From positions 2,571,912 to 2,635,911 of the forward strand of contig CP070761.1 of the NCBI GenBank assembly GCA_020348985.1: DNA of 64,000 nt, given 5' to 3'. Positions within the stretch are counted from its first letter, which is position 1, and every line of letters begins with the position of its first letter. The notes under the pieces were generated by a model. The model saw nothing but the letters and a program-made list of their open reading frames with translations, was not told the origin of the DNA and did no database searches. Positions 48,800-58,580 of the stretch are shown one piece after another. A program made the position numbers and the translations under genes. The stretch is from Candidatus Thorarchaeota archaeon (lineage in GTDB: Archaea; Asgardarchaeota; Thorarchaeia; Thorarchaeales; Thorarchaeaceae).

Positions 48800-49324
48800 T
48801 CATCGCAAATTGCGCTTATGCTTAACACGTCTCTTCATTTCCGTGCCACAAATTGGACAGTCCATTTGACGAGTCTCTTTCTCTTCAACTTGATTACAGG
48901 CAGGGCATTGAAGAAACCATTGACGTCCCTCTTTCATCTGACCCTTGGGGTCAAGAACTTCAAGACCGAGGTAGATCGCTGTGTTCAGGAGTGCCAGATC
49001 GGAAGACACGACAACTATCCCCCCTTCGAGTCTCTCAATCTCAAGAGCATAGGCAATCAGCTCAATGTCTGCATGAGACAGGACAGGAATGTCCCCGGAT
49101 TCTTCTGCGGCATCTTCAACCTGCTTGAGTGACTCTCTTCCTGGCGAACCAATTCGAAGTCGTCCTAGACCAATCAGGGTCTCAGTCCTCTGGCGAGTCG
49201 GCCGATTTCGAATCTCGTCGAGGATTCTGTCGGTTGTGGCAAACATAGCTTCAGGTTGTTGCTGCGTCCACATAGAGAACAGAGTGCCTGCATCAACAAT
49301 ATAGAGTGGCGCCATGAAATGCAC
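48800..49324 (-). CDS. nob1: Nob1-like PIN endonuclease with Zn ribbon (16S rRNA maturation)
   Basis: IVDA, DEIR, LSHADIELIA, SSDLALLN; CPAC..CPICG. Confidence 0.88.
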   Translation of the reverse strand: MHFMAPLYIVDAGTLFSMWTQQQPEAMFATTDRILDEIRNRPTRQRTETLIGLGRLRIGSPGRESLKQVEDAAEESGDIPVLSHADIELIAYALEIERLEGGIVVVSSDLALLNTAIYLGLEVLDPKGQMKEGRQWFLQCPACNQVEEKETRQMDCPICGTEMKRRVKHKRNLR

Positions 49325-50206
49325 CTATAGAGTCCTTGGGACGAGCCTTGTGTTGATTCGATCCCAGTAGTTGTCGTACAGCCTAATAAAACGGCTTACG
49401 CTATCTGACTTCTTTATCCAAACAGTTTCACTGGGTTCTATGATATACTGAACCTGCCCATCGACTACTGCGAGACCCGGAGCGTCGGGCTTGTCCAATT
49501 CTAGTTCAACAACACACCAATCGGGTATCACGAGAGACTTGAGTTCAAAACGCGGAGGGCACACTGGAACGAATATGAGTCCATTGACATCTCTAGCAAG
49601 GATAGACCCCCCTGCGGCGAGGGCATATGCTGAAGATCCTGTGGGTGTTGCAACCATAGCTCCATCAGCACGTCCATAGTCAACTAGGACACCATCAATA
49701 CGAACTTTGAAAGTGAGTAGACGGCCAGGGGTACGAGAGACTACATAGACCTCGTTGAGGGCATTCTCGAAGACGCGGTCTCCGACACCGGAAGATAGGT
49801 TGGAATTCTGAATCACAATGCACTCACCTGAGAGAACCTTCTTCAAATCGTCAACAGCGTTCTCAGTGCTACTTTCTGTCAGGAAACCGACCTTTCCGCG
49901 ATTGACGCAGAAGAGAGGTTTCTGCCGATCACTTAGCCTGGAAAGAGTATACAGGATGGTTCCGTCACCGCCAACTGTGATGACAAAATCTACATCGAAT
50001 TCCTCAATTTCTCGGGTCTCCGCTTTGCCGTGGGCCATCTTGCAGGACCTGCTGTCAACTTGAACTTCGATGTCCTGTGACTGAATAAACTCGACAAGGT
50101 TGGTTGCAGTCTTTTCAATCTCAGGCCTTCCAGGACGACAAACGAGACCCACTGCTCTTTTATCAGACAGTATCGAAGGATTGTCCTCTATCAAGAGATG
50201 GCACAT
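49325..50206 (-). CDS. nadK: NAD kinase
   Basis: GGDGT, G.VGFL, NE and ADG..VATPTGSSAY..AAGG. Confidence 0.95.
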   Translation of the reverse strand: MCHLLIEDNPSILSDKRAVGLVCRPGRPEIEKTATNLVEFIQSQDIEVQVDSRSCKMAHGKAETREIEEFDVDFVITVGGDGTILYTLSRLSDRQKPLFCVNRGKVGFLTESSTENAVDDLKKVLSGECIVIQNSNLSSGVGDRVFENALNEVYVVSRTPGRLLTFKVRIDGVLVDYGRADGAMVATPTGSSAYALAAGGSILARDVNGLIFVPVCPPRFELKSLVIPDWCVVELELDKPDAPGLAVVDGQVQYIIEPSETVWIKKSDSVSRFIRLYDNYWDRINTRLVPRTL

Positions 50207-50365
50207 CCAGCCACACCCTCCTTGCAGTTCCCTTTTACTCTTGTTGTTTCATTGTGTCACAAACGATGATGCTTCTGAGTCCAAGTGAGACGGTAAAGTA
50301 TATCTTTGAGTCAGAGTGTAGTCGCACGGCGTCGTCTGACGAACAGAGGAGCACTGGTGGTTTGT

Positions 50366-50767
50366 TTGAGCATCAAGAAGACGGTCGTGAAGAGCCTGAA
50401 GCCCGGTTCTTACTTTCTTATTGAGGAAGAACCTTGTGTAGTTGTAAGCATTGAGAAGTCAAAGCCAGGAAAGCACGGATCAGCAAAGGCCAACATCACC
50501 GCAAGAGGTCTATTCGATAATCGAAAACGGAATGTCATAATGCCAGCCGATAGAATGGTAGATGTTCCGGTCATCGACAAGAGGACTGCCACGATTATTG
50601 CGGATATGGGTGAGTCACTCAGTCTGATGGACTCAGAAACCTATGCCACTTATGACATACCAAGACCAACTGATGAGGACATTGCAACCAAGATTGAACT
50701 TAATGCCGTTGTTGAGGTTTGGGATGTGATGGGTCGGATGAAGGTTGTGCGAGTCAAGAAGGATTAG
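50366..50767 (+). CDS. eif5a: Translation factor aIF5A
   Basis: SKPGKHGSAK hypusine loop; probable TTG start 50366. Confidence 0.96.
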   Translation: MSIKKTVVKSLKPGSYFLIEEEPCVVVSIEKSKPGKHGSAKANITARGLFDNRKRNVIMPADRMVDVPVIDKRTATIIADMGESLSLMDSETYATYDIPRPTDEDIATKIELNAVVEVWDVMGRMKVVRVKKD

Positions 50768-50854
50768 AGCTGAAGTTTCTTCGAGCGCCAGCGTCTGAGT
50801 GAATCCAAACCATTTATCACCTACATCCACAGGACCGGTTTCAATTGCGAAGGG

Positions 50855-51301
50855 ATGGTTCTGATGGGTTCGATGGAGAAAATCGATAGCAGGGATCGTA
50901 AGATACTGTCCATTCTCACTGAGGATGCAAGGAGTTCCCTGAGGAATATCTCAGCTCAAGTCAAACTAAGTCCAAGTTCTGTGAGGAACAGAATCAAGAG
51001 ATTGGAAGATATCGGCGTCATAGAACGGTTCACGATTGATGTGGATCACCGACTGCTTGGTCTTGAAATTCAAGTCGTAGTCCTGGTGACCTGCAAACCT
51101 GGCTCATCCGAAGAACTTTACGACCTTCTAAGTGGGTATCAACAAGTCACACAAATCTACTGGACAGCAGGCCCCGCCAACTTCATCCTAATCGTTAGGG
51201 TCAAGGACATGATTGAACTCTCAAAATTGTTGACCGGTGAGATAGAGAAGCTGCCCGGAATCGAGAGGATAGAGACTCATTTTCTTATGCCCCGGTCATA
51301 A
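50855..51301 (+). CDS. Lrp/AsnC regulator
   Basis: DSRDRKIL..L..DAR.S...IS..V.LS.SSV.NRIKRL...GVI. Confidence 0.93.
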   Translation: MVLMGSMEKIDSRDRKILSILTEDARSSLRNISAQVKLSPSSVRNRIKRLEDIGVIERFTIDVDHRLLGLEIQVVVLVTCKPGSSEELYDLLSGYQQVTQIYWTAGPANFILIVRVKDMIELSKLLTGEIEKLPGIERIETHFLMPRS

Positions 51302-51339
51302 TACTGACTGGACATGATTCACAGGTGTGCGAAAGCACT

Positions 51340-51477
51340 CTTTCAATATGGATCAATTACACAACAATCCCAAGAGAGCAGCAAATGATGATTGATGAAT
51401 TCGGTGTAGAGTATTTGGAATACACTGCAAGGACTGGAAGTCTATTGCCACGCTTTCGTCGGAGCAGAGAGGCATGA
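51340..51477 (+). pseudogene. 3' remnant of an isoprenylcysteine carboxyl methyltransferase (ICMT/PEMT)-family gene
   Basis: In-frame TIPREQQMMIDEFGVEYLEYTARTGSLLPRF* matches the family C-terminal pattern RI..EE..L...FG.EY..Y...T...P; the N-terminal part is missing. Confidence 0.6.
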
Positions 51478-51538
51478 CAATCAGGTAGACGCCCAAGATT
51501 AGAAAACCTTCAAAGCATTCCCAACTAGACGCTTCGTT

Positions 51539-52555
51539 GTGCGGATATTGCTATCTGAGATACTCTTGGCTATCGGAGTCTTCTTTGTAGGTCTTCTAGT
51601 GTGGGCGGCCGTCGCTTTCAAGGGATGGAAGAAGAATCTCCTGACTGAATTGAAGCAACACAGCCTCGTGCAGTCCACAGCACTGGGACTAATGGAATAC
51701 GCACTAGTGGGAGATGGCCCTGTACTGCTCGTTATTCACGGTGCTCCCGGAGGTTATGATCAAGGTCTTCTCGCGATGAATAAGTGGACTGATGAAGGCT
51801 TTTCAGTACTCTCCATCTCAAGACCAGGTTACTTGCAGACCCCCATCGAAACGGGACCAACATTGGAGGAGCAGGCAGATGCTGTTGCGGCATTGTTGGA
51901 TTCTCTGAACATCACAAAGGTAGCAGTCCTTGGCGCTTCAACAGGCGGGGCCGTTGCACTTCACTTTGCCTTACGTCATTCAGACAGACTCTGGGCGCAG
52001 GTAGTAGTCGCAGGAGTAAGTCAGCCTTACACCATGAAGACGAGTCAAAAGAGGTCTTTTCTCAGACGCGTGATCTTCTCGAATCTGCTCATGGACATTG
52101 GAGTCTGGCTGTTTGATGTTGCTACACGATACCGTCCAGTATTCTCATTAAATGAGATGTTCAAGGTGAATGTTGCCTTGGAATCGAGGGAGAGGAAGAG
52201 ATACGTAGCGTGTGTCATGAATAGACCAGGGCAAGTGGAATGGTACAAGAGATTCATCAAAACAACGTGCCCGCTCAGTTCCCGCAACCCCGGTCTGGCG
52301 AACGATGTAGAACAGCTGGCAAATCTTTCCCTTAAGCAAGTCGAGAGAATACGTTGTCCGACGATGATCATACATGGAACAGCTGATGGTGAAGTGCCTT
52401 TCTCACACGCGGAGTACACGTCCTCCTCAATTTCAAACTCAATCCTCTACGGACTCAAGGGCATAGGTCATATTGTATGGCTAGGAGACCACGTTGATCA
52501 AATGGAATCGGACATGTTTGAATTCCTCAAGGAGCATGAGCCATCGACGTTTTGA
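51539..52555 (+). CDS. Membrane-anchored alpha/beta hydrolase
   Basis: N-terminal TM; HG.PGG, GASTGG, HGTAD and GH. Confidence 0.9.
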   Translation: MRILLSEILLAIGVFFVGLLVWAAVAFKGWKKNLLTELKQHSLVQSTALGLMEYALVGDGPVLLVIHGAPGGYDQGLLAMNKWTDEGFSVLSISRPGYLQTPIETGPTLEEQADAVAALLDSLNITKVAVLGASTGGAVALHFALRHSDRLWAQVVVAGVSQPYTMKTSQKRSFLRRVIFSNLLMDIGVWLFDVATRYRPVFSLNEMFKVNVALESRERKRYVACVMNRPGQVEWYKRFIKTTCPLSSRNPGLANDVEQLANLSLKQVERIRCPTMIIHGTADGEVPFSHAEYTSSSISNSILYGLKGIGHIVWLGDHVDQMESDMFEFLKEHEPSTF

Positions 52556-52586
52556 TTTCGATGAGCTGTCAAAAGCAAGACTATGA

Positions 52587-52674
52587 TGGTGCGGAGGGCG
52601 AGATTCGAACTCGCGAACACCTACGTGATAGGGATCTGAACCCTACGCCTTTGACCTGGCTTGGCAACCTCCGC
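52587..52674 (-). tRNA. tRNA-Leu(CAG), intronless, CCA encoded
   Basis: Minus strand GCGGAGG..TAGGG-TTCAGAT-CCCTA..GTTCGAATC..CCTCCGC-ACCA; long variable arm. Confidence 0.97.
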
Positions 52675-52729
52675 AAGTACTCGGAAGCGGGTTCACTTGA
52701 CAGAGCCTTTTAACAATATCGTACTTGGC

Positions 52730-53485
52730 TCAATGTTGAGCTGTTCGAGACGCTCTAATCCGCCTCCTGAGTTGCTCCCAATTCCCAATCTTATCAACAA
52801 GGTCGGGAGACGAAAGCGCTTCCTGTGGGGAACCGTCAAAGATAATGCGTCCCTTGTCTAGTACAGCCATAGAATCGGTCCAGTTCTCAATGAAGAAACG
52901 ATTGTGTGTCGTAAAGAGAATGCTCAGCCCCTCTTCGCGTAGATCTTGGACGATCTCAGCCATATTCGTGACCATTTCGAAATCAAGTCCTGTGAAGGGT
53001 TCATCAAGTATTAGGATGCTGGGTCGCATCGCAATGATACCTGCCAGAGCCACTCGTTTTGCTTGTCCATGACTCATCTGGTTTACTGGCCTATTGATGA
53101 AATCGCACATGCCAACAGTATCGAGAGCCCAGTCAACTCTCCTAGCGACCTCGTCTTCAGACAGTCCCAGGTTGCGAGGACCAAACGCCACATCTTCCCA
53201 AACGGTCGGCGCGAAGAGCTGGTCATCGGGGTTCTGAAACAGAAACCCTACTTCCTGTCTCATTTCCCAGAGGTTTTCCGGATTCACCATGCGATCATAG
53301 ACGAAGACTTCTCCCTCTTTGGGCTCTAAGAGTCCCATTATGATCTTGAAGAGAGTAGTCTTCCCAGAACCATTAGGCCCCACAATGGCTTTCTGCTCGC
53401 CCACATGAAGCTCCATGTAGATGTTCTGGAGTGAGAAATTCTCGTATTCGAAACTGACACCGTTTACATCTATTGCACAAGTCAT
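52730..53485 (-). CDS. ECF-type ATPase CbiO/NikO
   Basis: GPNGSGKT, FQNPDDQLFAPTV.EDVAFG and MSHGQ.KR. Confidence 0.95.
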   Translation of the reverse strand: MTCAIDVNGVSFEYENFSLQNIYMELHVGEQKAIVGPNGSGKTTLFKIIMGLLEPKEGEVFVYDRMVNPENLWEMRQEVGFLFQNPDDQLFAPTVWEDVAFGPRNLGLSEDEVARRVDWALDTVGMCDFINRPVNQMSHGQAKRVALAGIIAMRPSILILDEPFTGLDFEMVTNMAEIVQDLREEGLSILFTTHNRFFIENWTDSMAVLDKGRIIFDGSPQEALSSPDLVDKIGNWEQLRRRIRASRTAQH

Positions 53486-55272
53486 ACGAATATCGCTCCT
53501 ATTATGTTTGGAATCAAGATGGCATACGCGACAACCAGAAGCAAAATCATGACAGGCAGAAGGACATCAACTCGTCTAAAGCCGGAGATTCTGAGCGTTG
53601 CTCCTTTGCCAAAACCTCGTAGTGACATCGAATCGTATACACGAGCACTCCGGTCGAAAGCTCTGTCGATCGTCGTCCCTACTAAGAATCCTATCGCCTT
53701 GAGTTTACCTAAACCGCTTCCCTTCTCATATCCACGGAGGATTTGAGCATCTTGCATTCGTGATCTCTCTTCCATGAAGAGCGGAACGTAACGTAGCATG
53801 ATTAGCACAGATCCAAGAATGGCTTGTGGGACTCTAAATGTCCTCAGGGCGCCTATGAAATCCGTCAATGTCATGTGAGACAATGCGGCAAGGAATACAA
53901 GCAAGATAGTCAACATTCTGAGACCCAAGAGTAGACCCAGTAATACGCCTTCAGAGTAGGCATTTATTGGACCCAACGGGGTCATCAGGGAGAATGCAAG
54001 AGAGCTGCCATAGAGGAATGGCATTAGGAGTACCCAGAACAGAATGATGATCTCGAACTTGGTCGCTATTGAGATCACCCGCCGCCAAGCAGTCCCAGCA
54101 ATCACGCCTCCAGACAGGACGAGAATCAGAATGACGCCCACAACTGAAATGCTGTATTGCAGTGCGACCAGAACTGAAACGGCAATGGCTGCCAGGAGCA
54201 TCCCTGGAGGAGAGAACGGAGTCGGTGAACGTCTTCCTTCTCCGAAAGGAAGCAGGAACTTGCCAGTATTTGGATTTGTGTCGTGATGATGTGACGCCCT
54301 TCTAAAAACAATAGCTGCAAATCCAAGCAGAAGCAAGATGCCGATTGAGCCTGTGAATACGTCAGCAATGGAACTTTCCGCGAGAAAGGACCACAAACCA
54401 GCATACCCGACTTCAGGCTCAGGGACTCCGGCAAACTCGAACAATGCCCATTCAAAACCATCCGGATTGACGGAAGCAAGACCCGTCATTATTGCAAAGA
54501 CAACAAGAATGATGGAGGCTGCCACTGGTACCATTATCTCTTTCGGCCTCCACACTGGAATCTCGTCAGCAATGGATTCGCCGCCGTCTGCCTTATCGTC
54601 CGGTGATAAATCACCAGAATCGATTGTCTTCCGTTCTGACATCAGTAGTATCATACCCGGATTCGCTTTCACAAAGTAAAGCAAGATGATGGATGTGAGA
54701 ACTGCTTCCCCAATGCCGATGAAGAAATGGATTGCCGTGATTGCGATAAGCGCCTCTGTTCCAAATCCATCGACTGTGAGAAGTTGGAGACCCAACGTAA
54801 ATGCAGCTGATACTGTTACAATGAAGGAAGTGATTGATGCTGCTACAACAACGGCTCGCTCTTTCCTAACGGTCTTGATTGAAGCCCTGTAGAAAAGGAC
54901 TGCAAGACCATAGCCTAGAAGAGGTGAGAAAACCCCCATATTGAAGAAGTTGAGGCCCCAGGTCAGTATACCTCCGTCGCCGTAGAGTGCCTGAACGAAT
55001 GTTACGAGGGCCATAATCAGCATGGCCACCCAAGGGCCTGTCATGACAGCTAGCAAAGTAGATCCTACTAGATGACCACTAGAAAAGGGGGGAACCGGGA
55101 AATTCACGAGTTGGGCCGCGAAGATGACTGCAGCAAGCACACCCATGTAGGGGACGAGCTTCTCATTGAAACGCTTGCTGACAACCTTGAAGGAGACATA
55201 GAGCATGGCACCGCTAACAACTAGAAGAACGATTTGAAGCCACAGCGGCACGATTCCGTCAGGCACATGCAA
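53482..55272 (-). CDS. Fused NikM/CbiM-NikN(PDGLE-type)-NikQ/CbiQ Ni/Co ECF transporter
   Basis: N-terminal MHVPDG, SGHLVG, GDGG; ASVNPDGFE; C-terminal CbiQ motifs LRY.P, LRG and AFDRS.RVY.SM.LRG. Confidence 0.9.
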   Translation of the reverse strand: MHVPDGIVPLWLQIVLLVVSGAMLYVSFKVVSKRFNEKLVPYMGVLAAVIFAAQLVNFPVPPFSSGHLVGSTLLAVMTGPWVAMLIMALVTFVQALYGDGGILTWGLNFFNMGVFSPLLGYGLAVLFYRASIKTVRKERAVVVAASITSFIVTVSAAFTLGLQLLTVDGFGTEALIAITAIHFFIGIGEAVLTSIILLYFVKANPGMILLMSERKTIDSGDLSPDDKADGGESIADEIPVWRPKEIMVPVAASIILVVFAIMTGLASVNPDGFEWALFEFAGVPEPEVGYAGLWSFLAESSIADVFTGSIGILLLLGFAAIVFRRASHHHDTNPNTGKFLLPFGEGRRSPTPFSPPGMLLAAIAVSVLVALQYSISVVGVILILVLSGGVIAGTAWRRVISIATKFEIIILFWVLLMPFLYGSSLAFSLMTPLGPINAYSEGVLLGLLLGLRMLTILLVFLAALSHMTLTDFIGALRTFRVPQAILGSVLIMLRYVPLFMEERSRMQDAQILRGYEKGSGLGKLKAIGFLVGTTIDRAFDRSARVYDSMSLRGFGKGATLRISGFRRVDVLLPVMILLLVVAYAILIPNIIGAIFV

Positions 55273-55317
55273 TCAGACGTCACCTTCCCCAACTATTATC
55301 AGGATGTTTGCTTTATA

Positions 55318-55367
55318 CGTGTTACTTCTTGGCAATTCGTGTTACTATGTTGCCAGAATGTGTCACA
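55318..55367. promoter_or_regulatory. Candidate NikR operator
   Basis: GTGTTAC-N13-GTGTTAC-N14-GTGTCAC plus an interleaved TGGCAA-N14-TTGCCA inverted repeat, next to TTTATA between the divergent nikM and nikR. Confidence 0.6.
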
Positions 55368-55391
55368 ATCTTGAGGGAGAGGCCAAGTGGG

Positions 55392-55814
55392 ATGAAACTC
55401 AAGCGATTTGGCGTGTCTGTTCCAGAAGACTTGTTGGAAAGATTCGACGTTCTTGTTGCGAAGAAAGAATACGTAGGCAGATCAGAAGCGATACGCGACG
55501 CAATGAGGCTGTTAATTTCTCAGGATGAATGGGAGTCGGAGCAAGGCGGAAAGAGTGCCACGCTAACCATAGTTTACAAGCACAAGCCGAGTCTTATGAC
55601 AGCACTTATTGAATCACAACATGGGAGCGATGTCGAGGTAATCGCAACGACTCATGTCCATTTGTCCCACGCCTACTGCCTCGAGGTCATGACAATGAGA
55701 GGGTCAAGACACGGGATCGAGCAGCTGGCTTACAGGATATCAGGTCTATCCGGAATAACATTCTCGAGACTGTTCACATTCTCCTTGCCTGATGAGGCAA
55801 ATCACACGCATTGA
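55392..55814 (+). CDS. nikR: Nickel-responsive regulator NikR
   Basis: RFGVS RHH strand, RSEAIRD; QH, HVH and CLEV Ni ligands; probable start 55392. Confidence 0.93.
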   Translation: MKLKRFGVSVPEDLLERFDVLVAKKEYVGRSEAIRDAMRLLISQDEWESEQGGKSATLTIVYKHKPSLMTALIESQHGSDVEVIATTHVHLSHAYCLEVMTMRGSRHGIEQLAYRISGLSGITFSRLFTFSLPDEANHTH

Positions 55815-55839
55815 TCCCTAGTTCACCTGCAACTTGGGC

Positions 55840-56556
55840 CTAGCTGACGGATGTCCGCGTTCTAAGATATCCAATGAAAACAATAGCTGTGATCGCTCCG
55901 CTTACTCCCAGAATCAGATATAGAGAGTAGTCACAAGTCTGGCAAGGAACTGGAGTAGATAGAGTGTCAAGACGCATCCCGTTTGCAGAATACAGAAGAG
56001 TCCATCGTTCGCTCTCAGCTACAAGATAGAAGATCAATCTCCATACAATCTCTTCAGTTCTGTCGACTAGAGACCCAGGAACTAGCACGATTTCTTCACA
56101 AAGACCCCAATAGTGGCCATCGTCGCTGAAGAAATCTGTTGCATCGTTCAGAATGAGAGAATAGTTTTCAACGGCAGACTGAGGGAGACTATGAATCCAT
56201 TCTACTGATTGCCGTGACACATCGAGGCCAATCACAGAAATGAAAATGCCAGTGTCATTCAGCTGCACTACTGAGTAGCTGTTTGCTGTAAAATTGGCTT
56301 CGAGGTCTGGTCCAAACTGTCCCAAAGCTTCCCAAAAGACTGTGCTGTTCTGACCTAGCAAAACTGTTAGACTGGAGTCAGTTCCGAATGCGGGTGCCTC
56401 TGTGATGAGATGACTGAAGTTCTCCGGAACTAGACGTATCTCCTTGTAGTCTATGTTGATAACTGGATAGGTTGACTGAGCACTGGAATAGGTCACCAAT
56501 GAACAGATCAGTAGAGCTGTCAATATGGAAAGTGCCGCAAATCGAGTCATCAGCAT
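55840..56556 (-). CDS. Secreted, C-terminally anchored protein of unknown function
   Basis: Signal peptide, sequons, CQTC before the C-terminal TM. Confidence 0.7.
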   Translation of the reverse strand: MLMTRFAALSILTALLICSLVTYSSAQSTYPVINIDYKEIRLVPENFSHLITEAPAFGTDSSLTVLLGQNSTVFWEALGQFGPDLEANFTANSYSVVQLNDTGIFISVIGLDVSRQSVEWIHSLPQSAVENYSLILNDATDFFSDDGHYWGLCEEIVLVPGSLVDRTEEIVWRLIFYLVAESERWTLLYSANGMRLDTLSTPVPCQTCDYSLYLILGVSGAITAIVFIGYLRTRTSVS

Positions 56557-56665
56557 GTTAGGCTGCTACAGCCCTTAACAACATTGCCCAGCCGGTAACA
56601 TGGACTACCTGTAATGATTATTGTTGCCTGACGGAGACTCTGTTGGAATGAATGAACTTTAGGAT

Positions 56666-57157
56666 CTACTGTAAAGCTCGGAGTGTCTCAATCACCCGGT
56701 CCATATTGGGACAGCCTTCGCCCTTCGACTTCAAGACCTCGATGTAGCGAATGACACCAATCTTGTCAATCACGAAGATTGCTCTCTTGCCATATCCCTC
56801 ATTAGGCACAATGCAGTCGTATTTCAAAGTCGCATCACCGAGTGGAGCGAAGTCCGAAAGCACTGGAAAACCCAAGTCACCGATTTCCTCAGCCCATAAT
56901 CTATTGCTCTCAATTGGTGCCATGTTCAAGGCTATGACTTGAGAATTCAATTCCTCAAAGACGGAGAGGTTGTCAGCATAGAATCTGAAATGATCCTTAC
57001 AGCCAGTGGTCAGCTCACCAGGATGCAGAGCCAGTACTACATTCTTCCTACCGCGATAATCTGACAACATGACTATGTTGCCATTCTCGTCAGGAAGTGA
57101 GAACTCTGGTGCCATTTCTCCAACATTAAGGCAAACATTCTGTTCACGCAACAACAT
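56666..57157 (-). CDS. Peroxiredoxin (BCP/AhpE-like)
   Basis: APEFSLPD, P...T.GC, FPVLSD and RAIFVIDK.G.IR. Confidence 0.9.
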   Translation of the reverse strand: MLLREQNVCLNVGEMAPEFSLPDENGNIVMLSDYRGRKNVVLALHPGELTTGCKDHFRFYADNLSVFEELNSQVIALNMAPIESNRLWAEEIGDLGFPVLSDFAPLGDATLKYDCIVPNEGYGKRAIFVIDKIGVIRYIEVLKSKGEGCPNMDRVIETLRALQ

Positions 57158-57298
57158 CCTCTGAACACCTCGTTATTCACCAAGAATCAAGGTTCAAGAC
57201 CTTATCAAGTTAACCATTGTTAATATCCATCGGAGCCATCTGCTGCCGAGAAAGAAGTGCTAATAGAGAGGCGAATCCCCCTCAAGATTGAACATACA

Positions 57299-57535
57299 AT
57301 GACGTTTGAAACCGATGAGATTGCGGATACTGATCCCAGACCAAAGCCGCCCTACGCTCGGATTACACTTACGGTTGTGGTGACTGCGCTGACAGCACTT
57401 GTGCTCTCCATTTTCGGGTACATCCCGCTTGATCCTGTGACTGCAGTTATCAGTGGCTGTCTAGTCAGTCTTGTCTTTGTCTGTTACCAGTCCTACTACT
57501 TGAATCAGGTCGATAGAAGTAGCATAAATCCGTAA
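57299..57535 (+). CDS. Small 2-TM membrane protein (paralogue of 58323..58580)
   Basis: LTALVLSIFGYIPLDPVTA. Confidence 0.7.
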   Translation: MTFETDEIADTDPRPKPPYARITLTVVVTALTALVLSIFGYIPLDPVTAVISGCLVSLVFVCYQSYYLNQVDRSSINP

Positions 57536-57657
57536 CTCAGATGGCGCCAAATAGGAAGCGTACTTAGACGCTTTGGCCCGCTGAGATTTGCTTATTAGAC
57601 GCCCTTGCCAGCCATTGTTAGCTCACATTTGCTGTGAGAATGGAGGTACTGAGATAA

Positions 57658-58017
57658 ATGTCTGCTAAACCTACGGGCGTTTTGATACTCGCAATACTGC
57701 AGCTGATAATAGCCATCCTCTGGCTTGCACTGGGTGCGCTCCTACTAATGGCAGGAACTGGTACACTACTTGACATAATTCTGATGTTTCTTGCGGTCTT
57801 CCCAATTGTGCTAGGTGTAATCGGGCTGATACTATTCTATGGCCTATACACCCTGAAGGGGTGGGCCTGGCTTTGGGCCCTGATAATCAATATCTTAGGT
57901 ATTCTATCAGGGTTGATGGGCAGTCTAACTGACATCGTTAACTTGCTATCACTGGGATTAAGTGTCGTAATTGTCCTCTATCTCCTTATGCCAGCTACCA
58001 GGGCCTACTTCAAATGA
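57658..58017 (+). CDS. 4-TM membrane protein (DUF2127-like)
   Basis: KPTGV.IL, GLY.LKGWAW and YL..P..RAYF; GGAGG RBS. Confidence 0.8.
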   Translation: MSAKPTGVLILAILQLIIAILWLALGALLLMAGTGTLLDIILMFLAVFPIVLGVIGLILFYGLYTLKGWAWLWALIINILGILSGLMGSLTDIVNLLSLGLSVVIVLYLLMPATRAYFK

Positions 58018-58067
58018 ATGTAGAAGCTGAAAAGTGCAGAGGATCACAAAGCAAATTGCATCTTAAG

Positions 58068-58126
58068 GTGTAGCACTGGGATTCGGAGTACCTGGTCCGG
58101 GTCCCTGCTACATTCTTTCTTGTTTT
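58068..58126 (+). terminator. GC-rich hairpin followed by a T-rich tract
   Basis: TGTAGCA/TGCTACA, GGGA/TCCC and TTCGGA/TCCGGG stems, then TTCTTTCTTGTTTT. Confidence 0.5.
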
Positions 58127-58322
58127 CCTCGTTGTAAGAATAGATCTCTAGGAATTTGGCAGCACCAAGCATTATGACTTGACGAGGAAGTCCTTCCAGA
58201 GGCTAGCAAGCAAGAGAGATTCCAAACAAGCGTCCTCAGGAGTTTTTTATCAAACAGCAAGCTTACTAATGCGTTGAAACTATACCTATTATTTCAATTA
58301 GGCGAGCTCCAGATGACTTTTC

Positions 58323-58580
58323 ATGACACTCGAACCCTCAATACAAGAAGTCCCAAGAGGAAGAGCCGCGATCAGGTACGCATACATCGTCTTTTCGATT
58401 GCAGTTACCTCATTGACGGCCTTCGTGCTCTCTATAGCTGGCTATATCCCATTGAATCCAATCAGTGCGGCAGTAACCGGAGCCGGTGCGGGATTGGCTC
58501 TCGTTATTTTCCAAATCTACTATGTAAGCCGGATTGTAGCCATGAGCCGGCGCATTAAGCTAGACGCCGGACTCGAGTAG
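58323..58580 (+). CDS. Small 2-TM membrane protein
   Basis: LTAFVLSIAGYIPLNPISA. Confidence 0.7.
   Translation: MTLEPSIQEVPRGRAAIRYAYIVFSIAVTSLTAFVLSIAGYIPLNPISAAVTGAGAGLALVIFQIYYVSRIVAMSRRIKLDAGLE

Noticed and set aside
42910-57157. Selenocysteine recoding in redox genes (peroxiredoxin, LMW-PTP)
   Set aside because: Active sites use Cys codons, the ORFs are full-length, and no SECIS-like hairpin was recognised
58180-58260. GAGGAAGTCC resembling the RNase P CR-I motif
   Set aside because: No downstream conserved regions or complementary P4 strand, and too little space
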